A DNA stretch of 64,000 nt from Bugula neritina (Eukaryota > Animalia > Bryozoa). The stretch is taken from the NCBI GenBank assembly GCA_964035545.1, contig OZ037768.1, positions 12,657,675-12,721,674 of the forward strand, in the 5' to 3' direction. A program made the position numbers and the translations under genes. The notes under the pieces were generated by a model. The model saw nothing but the letters and a program-made list of their open reading frames with translations. It was not told where the DNA came from and did not search any database. Numbering within the stretch: position 1 is the first letter of the stretch; every line of letters begins with the position of its first letter. This document shows, one piece after another, positions 34,685 through 52,400 of the stretch.

Positions 34685-35072
34685 TCTCTTTGCTGTTTGC
34701 TTTTATTTGACTCGCCACCTTTTTTCTTTTGACCAAATTCATTTTGAAATCTTTTAAAAGCTACATGGTAATGTTACTAGTATGCTTTGCAGCAGTATAA
34801 ATTTCTCGCGTCTTTGTTTAATTTGCATGTAAGACATTCAATAAGCTATTAGGAGTGCTTTTGTTATTCAATTCTGTTTCAATTAGTTCTAACTGGAAAA
34901 AAACAAAGAAAAGTAGTGTTTATGTCAATTAAAAACAACTTAGCAGTTTATAGGTTCTGCTTTGGTTTTCTAAAGCATATTGAACGCTCTATTAAATCAG
35001 ATATATTCATCATTTTATATAGTATAATACTCTATATTCCCACTGGAATTAACTTAAAATGTCACCAAGTAG

Positions 35073-35644
35073 AAGAGTTGGGCTAATATTATAATTTGTG
35101 ATTGCAATTGGTTGTAATTATAACTATATTCTTTCAAGTAATTGAATATAATCTGTAATTGATGTATAAAAAGATAATTTTCATTGTTATAATTGTAACT
35201 AATTACATATCTAACGTAATTGATTATTACACTTACTTTATAATTACATGTCAATTACTTCAAAGTATTAAGTTTTTGAACATGTAATACTTTTCCTACT
35301 ATGTCTTCTGCTAAATAACAACTATAGACAAGTTTAGATTTGTTCAACTTGGTATTGTATCATCCTATAAATTACTGTTTGGAACAAAGGAGGTTCTCTA
35401 CTGCCAAAATTGCTTGAGTATTTAAACCACAGAAGTGAGACTGTATATATAACTCTTATTTATTCTTTGTGAGAACAAAAGATATTGTAATTGCATGCCA
35501 TAATTAATTAAATTACCATGTAATTGTGATTATAAATATTAATCACATCATTTTTAAATGTAATTATAATTATAATTGTAATTGACAAGTTTCATGTAAT
35601 TGTAATTGTTATTAATTACCTTCATGTAATTGACCCCTACCTTG
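35073..35644. mobile_element. Older copy of the GTAATT-rich hAT MITE
   Basis: 8-bp TSD CCAAGTAG; similar to 25668-27697 without the nested insert. Confidence 0.7.
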
Positions 35645-36778
35645 CCAAGTAGGGTATAGTGTAATAATTTCAGTGAGATCAGAACTTAAACTTTTGCATT
35701 TTAAAACAGCACACTTTAGCTAAAAATAATTATTATATATTATTCATATGTGCTCTGTTAATCAAAAGGCTATATTGATTGCCTGCAGTCTCTTGACATA
35801 TATAGAACAACTTTTTTGTACACAAAAACAAGAGTTCAGTAGAATGTATAAAGATATATCGTAATGAGGCTGCAACTCAAGGAATTGCAATTAGATTGTT
35901 CTTCTTTGATAGAAATATAATAGTTTAAAGATTTCTTCTCAAACTTTACATGTGTACAGCTAAACATGGGGCAGCGTCAACTTCACACAAGTCATTAATA
36001 ATGCTCAATCATCACAATTTAATTGAGTTCTGTGATTGTTGATAATGGCGGCTGACAATTGACTTAGGCCTCAGGCTATCAGCTAAATACTTAGTGCTAA
36101 TACTCTAACATATAACTGTTATAACCCAACACCCTGATATGTTTGGCCTCACCACCATCATTCTATTGTTACAATGTTATTGTATTAATTTGTATTATGT
36201 GTATACTCTGTAACATACATTATAGTAATTAGTGTACTTGGTTATATAATCTTTTGTGCCTAAGCATTACTTATGCTAATATAGTAGTACATTCTCTGGC
36301 TTATGGTTTGAAACCGATTAAAGATTATCTACCACTCGAAACTAATCCAAACTTCCTTATCTCAATATCTGTTTTTCCACAAACAATAGGGGCTTTTCAC
36401 AAGCCCTCTGGGGACATTCGTATTTTGAAGTTGTCTCCTCCCAGAAGGGCGAAGTGTAGTCTCCATGATTTATAGAACAAGCACATAAAATCAGTAGAAA
36501 TTTAAGGTTTGTGGGGAGACTATTGCTAGTACCAGTTTCATTTTTTCTGAGATTAATATTTTGGTATAAGCACACAGGTTAGCAGTTCCAGAAAATTTAT
36601 AAAAACTTTCTTTTTTCAAAAGTCTTGAGAAAAATTAACTTCAAAGCATGTTTGTGGTTTTGGTTACTGCATGAGCAAGTTGAATTGGCAACTATGAGAT
36701 AAGTCCCATTAATCATTTGTTATGCTGGCTGTCATATTTAATTTATAGCTGTTGACCTTTCAACTCTTTGGTCAGAAT

Positions 36779-37556
36779 CACCGGCTTTCCATGTACCGAT
36801 CTCAGATCGATCTCGCTGAGATCGATCTGAGCATACCTCTCAGATCGATCGTTTTTCCATGAGAAGTGTCAGATCGATCTCACGGAGTTGCCTCCTCTTA
36901 AGTGAAGAGTACTTTAATAGTATAATTTGTTCACAAATCTGGATGATTAAAGCTGCTGAGGTTAAAAAACAAGATTGTTGATGTCTAAAAATTAATGGTG
37001 CTTGTAAACAATACGCAACAAAGCTTTTAGTGTAAAGTAATATAGCCAATTTAAGATAATCACTTTTAATTTTTTAGCTCAACAGCTTAAATAAAATTAA
37101 TAGCTATCTTGCAGATTATTCATAAACTTACAGGATTGTTAAGCTTGAAATTACGCAGCAAATAACTAATGAAAGTAAGTTTTACTAGTCATTTAAATTC
37201 AATTTAAATGCTCCAATTTTTTGTAATTTCTATGGACTATAATTTTATATAATTGAGTTTTTTTAATCATAGTACTGAAAGTCAAAGTTTTGGCATCTGA
37301 AAATGTGGCTATCGTAATTATTAAGTAATTTGCTTAGTAATTATCAATAAGTTGTCATTTTTATCAGCAGACAACGTTTTAGCGAACAGTCTTTTTCTAC
37401 TTCTCAGATCGATCTGGAGTCTTTCCATGGATCGATCTCACTGAGATCGATCTGAGTTCGAGCTCTACAGACCGACCAGCTCAGAACGACTGAGATCGAT
37501 CTTTGACATCTTTCCATGGATCGATCTCGCTGAGATCGGTACATGGAAAGCCGGTG
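36779..37556. mobile_element. CACCGG-TIR MITE copy 1
   Basis: TIR CACCGGCTTTCCATGTACCGATCTCAG; TSD AAT; many subterminal AGATCGATCT palindromes. Confidence 0.85.
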
Positions 37557-39160
37557 AATGTGCTGTTAACACAGTGTTAGAGCACTGCTACTCTGCTAGT
37601 GCACTGAATGAGAGCAGATTAGCTGTGTTAGCATTTTCATTACACTTATGCTATGAGAATAGCTAGACTATAACCTCAACATCCATCATTTTCACAAAAA
37701 GCATTTTCACAAAGCTATAGATATATATTAAATAGACAAATTAAATTTGTAGTATAGAACGAATATGAAATGTGCTTTGATACATGTCGGTTAATTTTCT
37801 AATACAGGTTAAATGCATCTATTGCAATTGTAACAATTGTGCTCAAATAAATATATATCTAGATAATTTAATCAGAAACCGAGATAGCCTTTTAGCAGTT
37901 GGCATTCAGGCCCTTGGGTTACAGCTTTGTTATTTCTTAATTATGCCTGTGGCTTGTAGCATTTAGGAGCATGCAGTAGTGAAGAAATTGAGATAGCCTA
38001 AGTTCTTTAACTTTCTTTACGAATGTTGGTGTTGCGTATAACACAACTTTTTTGCTACATTTCTAATCTAGAAAAAAGGCTTTTCTCAATTTCTCCATTA
38101 GTACTGCATCTACCTTGTGTGTAGTAGTCATCTCCGTCAACTGCGGTAGATTCAGGATCCTAGTTAATGTATGGTAGGTTAAAGTATAGTTATATAATAA
38201 AATGGATATACAATATAAAATAGGTAAACTAAGCTAATCACTACTGCACCTGAAAGCCCAAGTTTCCCAACTCATCAAATTGCAGCATAAACTGAATTCT
38301 CTGACAATTACTTTAGAAGGAAATTCTGGTTGAAAAGTATTAAGCAGATTCTTACAAGTGAAGCAGTGAAAGCATGTTGATAAAATTTGGTTATTAACAT
38401 TTTGCTTGGGTTTTCAGTTAAACTGTTTAATGTTATAGCTCCTCAACTTCTCATGCTTCAAATATCATGAGCTAGTGTTATTGACACTCAACTGCAGTTA
38501 TACAACTAGCTTGGCTGATCCCATGGGTCACAAAATGTTATAAAATATAAAGCCTTTCTTAAATTTGAGACTCGTATTTGAATGACATAAAATTTTAGAG
38601 TGTGGCTATAAGTCACGACAGCACCAATTAGAATATTACAGGTATTATCTTAAAATAGGCATGCGCGGGGATATGTAAGTTAAAATCAAGTATAACATTT
38701 CAATTAAATCTTTTAAATAAAACTATTAGACCTGTTGTAAAATATGCAATGAAGATTTAGAGCAGACAAAATATTTCAAGATGGATCGATACTGAATGAA
38801 AAGATGCCTGCCTAAATATAAAGTATTTTTAATAAATTTTTGCATAAACTGAGCTTTGCTTTTCTTGGTAATATTTTTCTTTTAAAGAAGTTTTAGCCAT
38901 AACATGAAACTATGTAAAGCATTTACGGTCCCTTAAACATAATGTAGCACAAACTCTTCAAAGTGTAATTAAGTGCACATGCTATCACGCATCATTTTGA
39001 TACTACAAATTTAATCTGTCTATATTTAATATATATCTATAGCTTTGTGAAAATGCTTTTTGTGAAAATGATGGATGTTGAGGTTATAGTCTAGCTATTA
39101 TCATAGCATAAGTGTGTAAGTGTAATGAAAATGCTAACACAGCTAATCTGCTGTCTCATT

Positions 39161-42197
<3,037 letters not shown>

Positions 42198-42250
42198 ATT
42201 CAGTGCACTAGCAGAGTAGCAGTGCTCTAACACTGTGTTAACAGCGCATT

Positions 42251-43027
42251 CACCGGCTTTCCATGTACCGATCTCAGATCGATCTCGCTGAGATCGATCT
42301 GAGCATACCTCTCAGATCGATCGTTTTTCCATGAGAAGTGTCAGATCGATCTCACGGAGTTGCCTCCTCTTAAGTGAAGAGTACTTTAATAGTATAATTT
42401 GTTCACAAATCTGGATGATTAAAGCTGCTGAGGTTAAAAAACAAGATTGTTGATGTCTAAAAATTAATGGTGCTTGTAAACAATACGCAACAAAGCTTTT
42501 AGTGTAAAGTAATATAGCCAATTTAAGATAATCACTTTTAATTTTTTAGCTCAACAGCTTAAATAAAATTAATAGCTATCTTGCAGATTATTCATAAACT
42601 TACAGGATTGTTAAGCTTGAAATTACGCAGCAAATAACTAATGAAAGTAAGTTTTACTAGTCATTTAAATTCAATTTAAATGCTCCAATTTTTTGTAATT
42701 TCTATGGACTATAATTTTATATAATTGAGTTTTTTAATCATAGTACTGAAAGTCAAAGTTTTGGCATCTGAAAATGTGGCTATCGTAATTATTAAGTAAT
42801 TTGCTTAGTAATTATCAATAAGTTGTCATTTTTATCAGCAGACAACATTTTAGCGAACAGTCTTTTTCTACTTCTCAGATCGATCTGGAGTCTTTCCATG
42901 GATCGATCTCACTGAGATCGATCTGAGTTCGAGCTCTACAGACCGACCAGCTCAGAACGACTGAGATCGATCTTTGACATCTTTCCATGGATCGATCTCG
43001 CTGAGATCGGTACATGGAAAGCCGGTG
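42251..43027. mobile_element. CACCGG-TIR MITE copy 3
   Basis: Near-identical to copy 1 and in the same + orientation; TSD ATT. Confidence 0.85.
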
Positions 43028-45543
43028 ATTCTGACCAAAGAGTTGAAAGGTCAACAGCTATAAATTGAATATGACAGCCAGCATAACAACTGATTAATGG
43101 GACTTATCTCATAGTTGCCAATTCAGCTTGCTCATGCAGTAACCAAAACCACAAACATGCTTTGAAGTTAATTTTTCTCAAGATTTTTGAAGAAAGAAAA
43201 TTTTTAAAAAATTTCTGGAACTGCTAACCTGTGTACTTATGCCAAAATATTAATCTCAGAAAAAATGAAACTCGTACTAGCAATAGTCTTCACACAAACC
43301 TTAAATTTCTACTGATTTTATGTGCTTGTTCTATATATCATAGAGACTACACTTCGCCCTTCTGGGAGGAGACAACTTCAAAATACGAATGTCCCCAGAG
43401 GGCTTGTGAAAAGCCTCTATTACAATAACAATTACAAAACACTGGAATACTCACATAAACAGTGATGAAACTCTAAACCCTAGACTTCCAACCTGAAACC
43501 TTAAACCTTTAACCTACAACCGTTGAACCTCCCATCTCACAAATCGAACCCAAAACCCTATCCTCAAATTCAAACGATTACCTTTGTCGTCATTGCCTGT
43601 GCCATTTTTACCTGTTCCATTTTTGCTTAACACCGGTGCAATCCTTATGCCATACATGCTCAATCAAGTTACGACCTCAGCAGGGGTCAGGTATGGCAGT
43701 CAATTCTTAAGCCATACTGGATGGACTGCTCTCATGTATTGATTGTTTGGTGTAAAATTAGCAGCACCAGCATTCCTACCTGAGTGTCATTTATCTGTCA
43801 ATGATTTTTCTTTGAGTTACTTTTTTTAAGAACTAAAGGATTCGCACTTACATTAACTTTGCTTTTTATTTCACCCAACCTATCGCTTACCAAATTTAGA
43901 TCATAGTATTTCACCTTGTATTAATTTAATTCAACTGAGAGATGTTTCTTAGAAATACTATATTATAATAGAATGTACTCGATTATCAGATAATACCACC
44001 TCAGGCTTTCAATAGTCGCTAAACACCTCTGCCAACAAATCCACTATAATGCAACTCCTTGTATCACTCTTAGGTCATTAAACAACCAGCCATTAAATTT
44101 TAGGCAAATTTTCTACCCCTGTATCTTCATATATACAGGCTTCATAGGAAAAAAGCCAATATTTTAGGCACATATTGTCACTCACTCTTTCTCTTCTCAT
44201 ATGTTTAATGCTCAATAAAGCATATTACAATAATACTACATATACTAATAACACAAGATTTTTTACATTCAAAGAAAACAAATCAACACCTATTGTGTGA
44301 GATAGTTATGCTGGTACAGGAGGTGGTAGCAGTGATCCCTTTTTCGTTCAACTTCTGTTTTTTGGCAGAATGAACATGATTTACATTTCTCCTCTATAAG
44401 GTTTCAATAGAGACTGTTAAGTACAACGAACATATCTTTCCAATGCAGCTGGCAGCTACAATCAGTTGTGCATAACTTTAGTAGACATTTTCCAGCTACA
44501 TTTATTTGAGATTATTGTTATTAATAAATGTTACTCTGGTTATGTTTAAAATCCAATGTAATTACAACAGGTGCTTAAGCACACTGTATGCTAATATTGT
44601 GCTTACATTGCTATGAATATATTGTAATTAAATAGATTGTCATTACATATTAAACACAACAACTTTATAATTATAATATTTCTTGGAGCAATAACTACTA
44701 AAAATACGTCACAATTACCTATGTATATAAATACTGAGTGGTGCCATCACACTTAGAGAATGATAATTAATTTATCAAATCAAGATTTGCCAAGCAGATA
44801 TCTTTTGATAATTGTAATAACTCTGCTACACAAACTGAAAAATTTATTTTCATCAGTTTAGAAAGCACAAACTATTTATTTTCAATTATTGGTTTTGTTG
44901 TAAAATTAGACTGACATTTTCAATTTCAGACATTTTTGTCACTATAATAGCTGTTTTAGAATTTTCTATAATCATACTTATCCATGACTGGTGTTTGGTA
45001 TTGAATATAATTAGTGTGGTTCACCATACCCATTAACAATACATGCAAAAGTCATTTATGTAGAAATGTCAATGAGCATGAAAGGTTGATTTGTGTACAT
45101 TTATTTCTTGAATAACAAAAGACAGTTTATCCATAAATATTGTAAAGCGAAAAAGAAACACTATGCTGCTGTATAAATAAATAGATAACCAGATGTATAT
45201 AAATTTACAGCAAGTGATTTCAATAGACAATTAACATCATCTTAAAATAGCTAAGGTTAGCTATTGTATCTCAAAAACAGGAATAAAATTATCGTTGTTT
45301 GCTAAAATGCTGCTGAGTAAATTGCTTTACAACATTAAATTACAAATATTTCTACAAAGTCGAATGTGTTTCCCATATCAAAGCAAACCCAAAAGTAAAT
45401 AAAGTTGAACTTGGACAACGCAAACGTAAAGACATGCAAAATTTGTCAATCTATCAAAAAGTTTAAGTCAGAATAATAGTTCTAGCAATCAGCCTAATGA
45501 AAAAGAATGTTATGTTTTCAATGTAATATAAGTTAAAAAGTAT

Positions 45544-45663
45544 TAGTCTAGAAGTAACCTCCCAAAAAGTGCTCAAAAAATTGACTTATTACACTTTACT
45601 AGGTGGCCACTCAAAAAAAATTGTTTTTAGATTAAAATTTTGTGCTAATTCTGAATCTACAAA
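45544..45663. mobile_element. Isolated left end of the Academ-like element
   Basis: Matches 60652-60771 at the orthologous site, then joins ankyrin intron sequence. Confidence 0.75.
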
Positions 45664-45805
45664 AGAATTGTTGTATTTTCTCGAATCTAGAAACCCTCAT
45701 CATAATGTTAGTAAGAGTGCTTACATTTTGTTAATTATAATCTTTATTCTAATCTCTGATGAGTCATAAAGTCTACTTAATGGTTACTAGTAATTGTGTT
45801 TACAG

Positions 45806-46414
45806 AATGGCTACACGCCTCTACATTATGCTGTGGGAAAAGGTGACATGGATATCGTCTGTGCTTTGATAGAGTATGGCGCAAGAGTAAGCGCAAAGTA
45901 AGAAGATGGGTTCACCCCGCTACATGTTGCTGCTAGGGATGGACTCATTGATATTGTATCGATGCTGTTGGAAAATGGTGCTAGTCCCAACTGTTATACC
46001 AAAGTAAGTCTATTTTTTCCAAACAGCTAGCGATGTTACAGTTACTTCTTGTGATCAACTGCCAGTGCGGCAGCATAATGTTGCAATGTTGCAACTGCAA
46101 CTGTTATACCAACTGATTATTTTCGTGAACTATGATCTTTATCATGAAGTGGAAAACATAAAATTGAAAGCTTTTCTTATTAAATATTATTTGAGTATTG
46201 AATATTGAATATTTGATCGAGTTGCTACTGCTATGGCATATTTTAGGACGGATTAACCCCAATGCACATGTGCAGGCAAAAGAACCATACTTTCATGGCA
46301 GAGATCCTGTTGAAGTATGGTGCTAGTTTCTCCTCAACTGCTAGAACCGGTTGCTCTTTAGCTGACAGACATAGTTGTCAACATTATATGATCAATTTTC
46401 TTCCAAAATATTAA
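45806..46414 (+). pseudogene. Inverted copy of ANK exons 5 and 6 with flanking introns
   Basis: ag|NGYTPLHYAVGKG...CYTK|gt (45806-46003, open) and ag|DGLTPMHMCRQK... (from 46247, donor lost, runs to a stop); reverse complement of 22309-22506 and its copy B equivalent. Confidence 0.8.
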
Positions 46415-47773
46415 GCAGAAGGAAATTTAAAGTTTTTTTAGCATGAACATAGATAAAAAATTGGTAAGTTCTCCAAGTTTGCATGGCCCGATTCCATGCT
46501 CCCACAAATTTGAAGCATAGAGCATGTTTCTTGCAATAACATTGAGTTATGTGCGTACTTGCAGTTATCCATCACATTATAGATGCTATCTGTTGTCTCA
46601 GTATGGATATAGGACCATCACCTATTATATGAAGACCAGTTTCTCTTTAGTAATAATCTAAAACATTCCATCCAGCTGGCTGGTGATGGTCAAGCCGGTA
46701 GTTTGTCTAAGACTGAGATTTGTAATACTTAGCTCTCTGATGACTATATTCTTCCAGATGAGGTTTGCTACTCCCAAACATCTCTCGTTACATGTAAACC
46801 TACCTTGTTGAACTTATTTTCATATTCACATTGAGGTTGGAAAATGTTACTTGCATTTGTTGTTCTGTTTTCTTCAGTGATGTTCCAAAATTTCCAATTA
46901 CTAAAACTCGTTCTAGAATTCCTTTTAATTTATTGAGTATTTTTTTCATGCAAACTTAACGCTAACTGATGATCGAAGTTCAAAAGTCTCTGAATAATCC
47001 TAATATAACTCTTGCAGTATAAGTATATTAACACTCAACATAGCTTCATGACAATAATGCTTTCTGTAAGAATGTACACAAATAAAGATGATGTCATACA
47101 ACAATGGTATTCTATATTCAATTTAGAAATTGTTTGAATCTACTATTACTCTAGCTTCAATATAATATAATAGGACTCAGTAGCAAACATTTTAGTTTTG
47201 CAAAAAATTGATGCAAATTTGCTGTTTTTCCATAATATTTTAAATGTTAGAATAGATTTATTTTCAAAGTATTTCAAAGCAAAGTCATTAAACTGGAATT
47301 AAAATCAAGTATTTGAATCTTCAAGTCCCTGCAGAGTGCAAGCAGTTTACTGGTCATAATGTTTATTAGCAACTGTTTTCAAACCCACTTGAATTTTTTT
47401 CAAATGAGCTTTGTTGACAGTGAGTAAATTGTGAGCCACTAAATACAAGCAGTGATCAGAGCTAGAAACTAGTACTTGATGTATTGTTGCAAATTTATGA
47501 GGATAACTAACTAGGTGTGGGTTATTAAGATGATCTAACCACGTAGGGTTATGTGCCTGTGTGCCTGTGTCAGCTATCAGCGGTATGCTGCAATATTTGT
47601 GACAGATAGCAAGAATAATACAAACTTGTAAGAAAAACTACATTATGCAAAAGTTACATCAAGTAAAGAAAAGAGTACGGTATTAAAAGTAGCTACTGGA
47701 TAACAGCGTGGGCTAGCTCAGGGTTTGTCCTTTATAATTTCGTAGCCACTCACTTTAGCATAAAACTAACACT

Positions 47774-47854
<81 letters not shown>

Positions 47855-49479
47855 CGAAACAAGCATAAGAAGTTGTAATAAACAGTGCAGAATGTCACTG
47901 GGGTAGGTTGTTGCAATGCTTGGTCTCCAAAAGGTGTTGGTTATATACAAGAGCTCGACTCTGATTGGTCGACCTATACTCTATTTGTTCTTGTCCATAT
48001 TAATTGGCGGGTCGACGCATGTAGAGGCGACATGACTATGAGTGGAGAAGGCATGACTTGGAGTTGCCGTTTTTGGGCCTAAACTATAGCGTCATGTTTA
48101 GCAGGGGACACAGGATGTTATACTTCCACTGGCCATTATAACGGTATTCACCAACATAATATTACAATGTATTCGGCAATTATATAAAACTAGTAGCGTT
48201 TTATTACTGCACAGAAGTTACTAATCACAAGAGTATCAAGTTCTGAGAGGATGTCAACCTCATTGTTCAAAGTTTATATAGGTTGGCTGTGGTCTTCACC
48301 ATGTACATAGCTACATAAGCTATGTATTGGTAAGTAGCATAATTCCAGAACACATAACAAAACTATAGCCACTGGAATTGCTTGCGTGCTTCATTGCAGG
48401 TTAAACTTTGCAAATATAATATCTTTGCATCTACAGTATAACGTTTTGGATATATTGTGACTAACTATATATTGACATTATACATGCTACACACAACGAA
48501 TGTTATATAACTACTTTCTTTGGGGAATTAACTCCCATGTTTTCTCACTAATCCTCATAATTATATTGAGTAGGCTACTGCCATTACACTTGGAAGATCA
48601 TAAATGATTTATCAAATCAACATTTGTCAAGAAGAGAATTCTTAATAATTCAAATGAGTTTACTTTTGTCACACAAAGTGATTAACTTTGATCAATTTAA
48701 ACAACACAAGCAAATTAATTATAATTAACAACTTGCTGTTTAAAAAAGTATGCTGCTATTTTTAAGATGGTTTTGTAATTAATGGCTGGTTGGCAAGTTT
48801 TTATAATATTCGTTTTTATCTCTAACTAGTTTGTGGTAAAATATATAATCAGTGTGGTTGATTATGCTTATCAACATTACATGCACCAGGGATTTATGAG
48901 GAATACTTAATCAACAACAAAGTATGTTTTGGTGTACACTTTTCATGTGTGTATTGAATGAGGAAAATAATTTTACCCTCAGATATATTGCACAGACTAT
49001 TACACACTATTGCTGCTCTATATTATACATATATGTGATTACACAAGCGAATGTATATAATTACACAAAAGTGCTTTAAATAGATAAATATAGGTGAATA
49101 TAGGTGAGATATTAGAGCAAGCAGTATACACTCAACAAGTATTTAGAAATAAACATTAGTAAAACACTTGAAATTAGTATTAAAACCAAAGATTTTAGTT
49201 TGTTTGATGCCAATTTCCTAGCCAAATATGTTTTGAAGTTCCCCTTTATGTTGGAGAATAAAAATCAAAACAACAACTTGATAACTAGACAAAGTATCAA
49301 AGCCCAAAGCATTGAATAAACCACACTTCATTTTAAATCACAAGAGTAGTTTGAGAGCTAAGAACATATTTTCTTCCAGTATAACATAATTATTATTTAT
49401 ATATAGCAGTTAAGGATAATAATGTCTTCTATATAGTTTTCTATATAATCTTCACATAATACTTTTAAAACTTCAGAAG

Positions 49480-52400
49480 TCAGAAGTATTTTCCCCTTTT
49501 CGCTTTTGAGACGAAAGCAAAATATCGGCGCAGCCTCGCTGTAACAATTCTCGTCATATTCTTTTCTACTATTCTGTCCAAAGTCTTAACGTCTAAAGAG
49601 CACATAACATATATCAGATTAGTTATGTATTAACGTTTTCTTGCTATGCTTTGATACAAGTTTACAATCCTAATATTTTTATATAAAGAGGGACGATATA
49701 TCAATAATGCTACTATTTGAAGTGTAAGCAGAAGCTAGTTTCACATTTCTGATCATATTGCATGTTACTATTAGCTTCAAAAGATATCAAAGATGTTCTT
49801 AAAAAAGACTGCTCAATGAATATAGTGGCTATACCCATAGCCAGCTGCATTAACTAGAAGAAGGAAGTATTTCAAGGCAATGAACAGTTGAGATTGTTTA
49901 TACACTTCTGAAGGTATTAAAGTCTGGAGATATGCTAGACAGTTTGTATAAATTTGTATAAATACCAGCATGTTACATGCTATAACAACCTGTTTCTATA
50001 CCTGGTAACTTTACACTGCTTGTGAAAAAAACAGTTTTTCAATACTGATGAATCGTAGGGTGTTGACAGCTCAAAATTGGCAAAAGCTAAAGTTGATAAC
50101 AAAGTTTACTATTTAATACTACATACCACAAAGGCTGTCATTCACTGTCTGTTTATGTTCCTGCCATGTTACACCATCATCACTTGCGATGACAATGGTT
50201 TCCTGTTCATCTTGACTTGCAGCAACATCTATTATGACAGGGCTGAAAAGAAAAAACACAAGTGCCATTTTTAGAAAACAGTTATACTTTTTACATGTAC
50301 TGTGTTTGAATAAAGATGTAATAAGGTTTAATGAAAACATGAAAAGGTAATAAAAATAACATAAAGATTTTCAGTTTCTTCCACTAAACTCAATGACAAG
50401 TGTGTGAATAAAAAATTACCCAATAAAGGTGGCAGAAGCAGGTTCTAGAGAAAGAATGGGGAAGATGAGTAATTCATCGTACTGAAGAGAGGGCATCACT
50501 CCTTTCTCAAGGAGACGGCACACAATTCTCATTGGTCCGGTTGCCACACCAGGTGGGATGGTAAAATGGACTTTCTCTCGGCATCCCTGGAAGACTCCTC
50601 CTCTGGCATCCACCAGGAAACTGATACGGAATCTAAAGTGAGATGCATATACCATGTCAACGCAGTTAATAATGAAGTAGCTGGTAGTTAATTTATGTGT
50701 GCATATGTGCGTGTTTGTGTGTGCGTGTGTGGGCGTGTGTTGTTATTGCAGTAGCAGTTTTCTTATATATATAGAAAAGCTTCTACTGTAATTATTAAAA
50801 CAAACCCAATAGAACTGAGTAATGTTTGGCAACAGTTTTAACTGCAACAATTCTTCCAAGTTAGTTATCATTACCTTTTCAATTTGAGCTTCTCACTACA
50901 AATAAAGAAAAAAAAACTGATTTTATAGAACAAATTTACAAAATGTCTTTCATAAACCGCTTTAGAACTACATACAGCCAAAGAATGAGTAACATGCTCA
51001 TTGCATTTTTTGTCTATGTGATATTTAGAAAAAATAGATCACTTGCTTCACATATAGTTGGGTACATTATATACTAAACGTACTTAGTGACTCCAGAGTT
51101 TTTACTTTTCATTGAATTGTCAGAGTGTAAATCCTCCTGAGAATGAGGTGTGCTGTGGGCCCTCTTACAAGTTTTTCTCTTTTTCAGAGTAAAAACACTC
51201 TTGCATTTGAGGCCTAAAATGAATAGAATAAACTACTAGTATGGGTGCGTGTGGGTGTTTGTATGTGCTTGCGTGTGAGTCGCTGTGTGTTCGTAAAGAA
51301 CTGATATATATTTACATACATTGATGGCTAAATTATTGCTTGGAACTCACTAGGCCTCTAACAATAAAGTAAAATTAGCTATGGGTTTTACCATTATGCA
51401 AAACCATAAAGTAGTAAATTTCGATTCGAAAAATTCTTAACAATTTAATTTAGCAAATAATTGCCAGTATGAAACAAAGTAATTGGTGAGTTAATAATCA
51501 GATCCTTACCAGCAGAGGCGATGCTACGTAAAGCTCGCCTGATTTTTGCTGTTCGAGGTTTTGTCTCAACGCTCTGCATACCATACACCTACATGGAAAT
51601 TATTGCATTGCTATTGTACAATCACATTAAAATAATATGTTTTCATAGATTGACACTTCAATAGGCGTTTATAATATATAGAATAATGATATAATGCACT
51701 CCAAATACACTAATTCAATTTTCATAATGCTGTGCCCAATTTATTAAGTGAAGAGTGCCTAACTAAAAAACCAGTAACTAAAAAAGGTCTTAAACAAACA
51801 GAATAATTGAAAATTTATTATTCTTTTGGCAGTTACACTGATTCACACAAAATTATCGACTTGTATATCTCAATGCTTTTCGAAACATGACCAATTTCTA
51901 GTAAACTTGTTACTCCAAATATTTTAAAGCTCTATCTAATCTCAGTCACATCCGCAAATTTCATTGATGTTATATTTACTAGTTAGCTGACAGAATAAAT
52001 CAATAATTGACCAAAAACAGAACTGACATGCATTGGGAAAACGCTTATATTAAAACGAGTAAAATGATGCACTTTTAGCTCATGACTTAGAAATAGACTG
52101 TGATCCAGATAAACACTAGACAGACTCAGATTGACTACTAATTTCCTCACATGTGCAATCAGCTTGTGAGACAAAATTTAGAAATGGTTTGATCAACTCA
52201 TTGACTAATGGCCCAGAAGATGCTGTAGCAATGTTTTGCTGACACAAAGTTAAATGTCAGACTAAGTCAATGTGAACACAAAATTAACACACTATCAAAT
52301 ATGTTTAGTCCAATATAAGTTGCAATATTGAATACTACAATGTTATGATTCTAATATCAAACTGTAGATGATGTTATAACAGATAATGTAAAGGCAATGT

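Noticed and set aside
36840-37049. Identical 69-aa ORF also at 42312-42521
   Set aside because: The identity simply reflects two recent MITE copies; there is no recognisable domain and the start is non-ATG.
37756-38999. Transposase in the foldback spacer
   Set aside because: No ORF or recognisable motif could be read.
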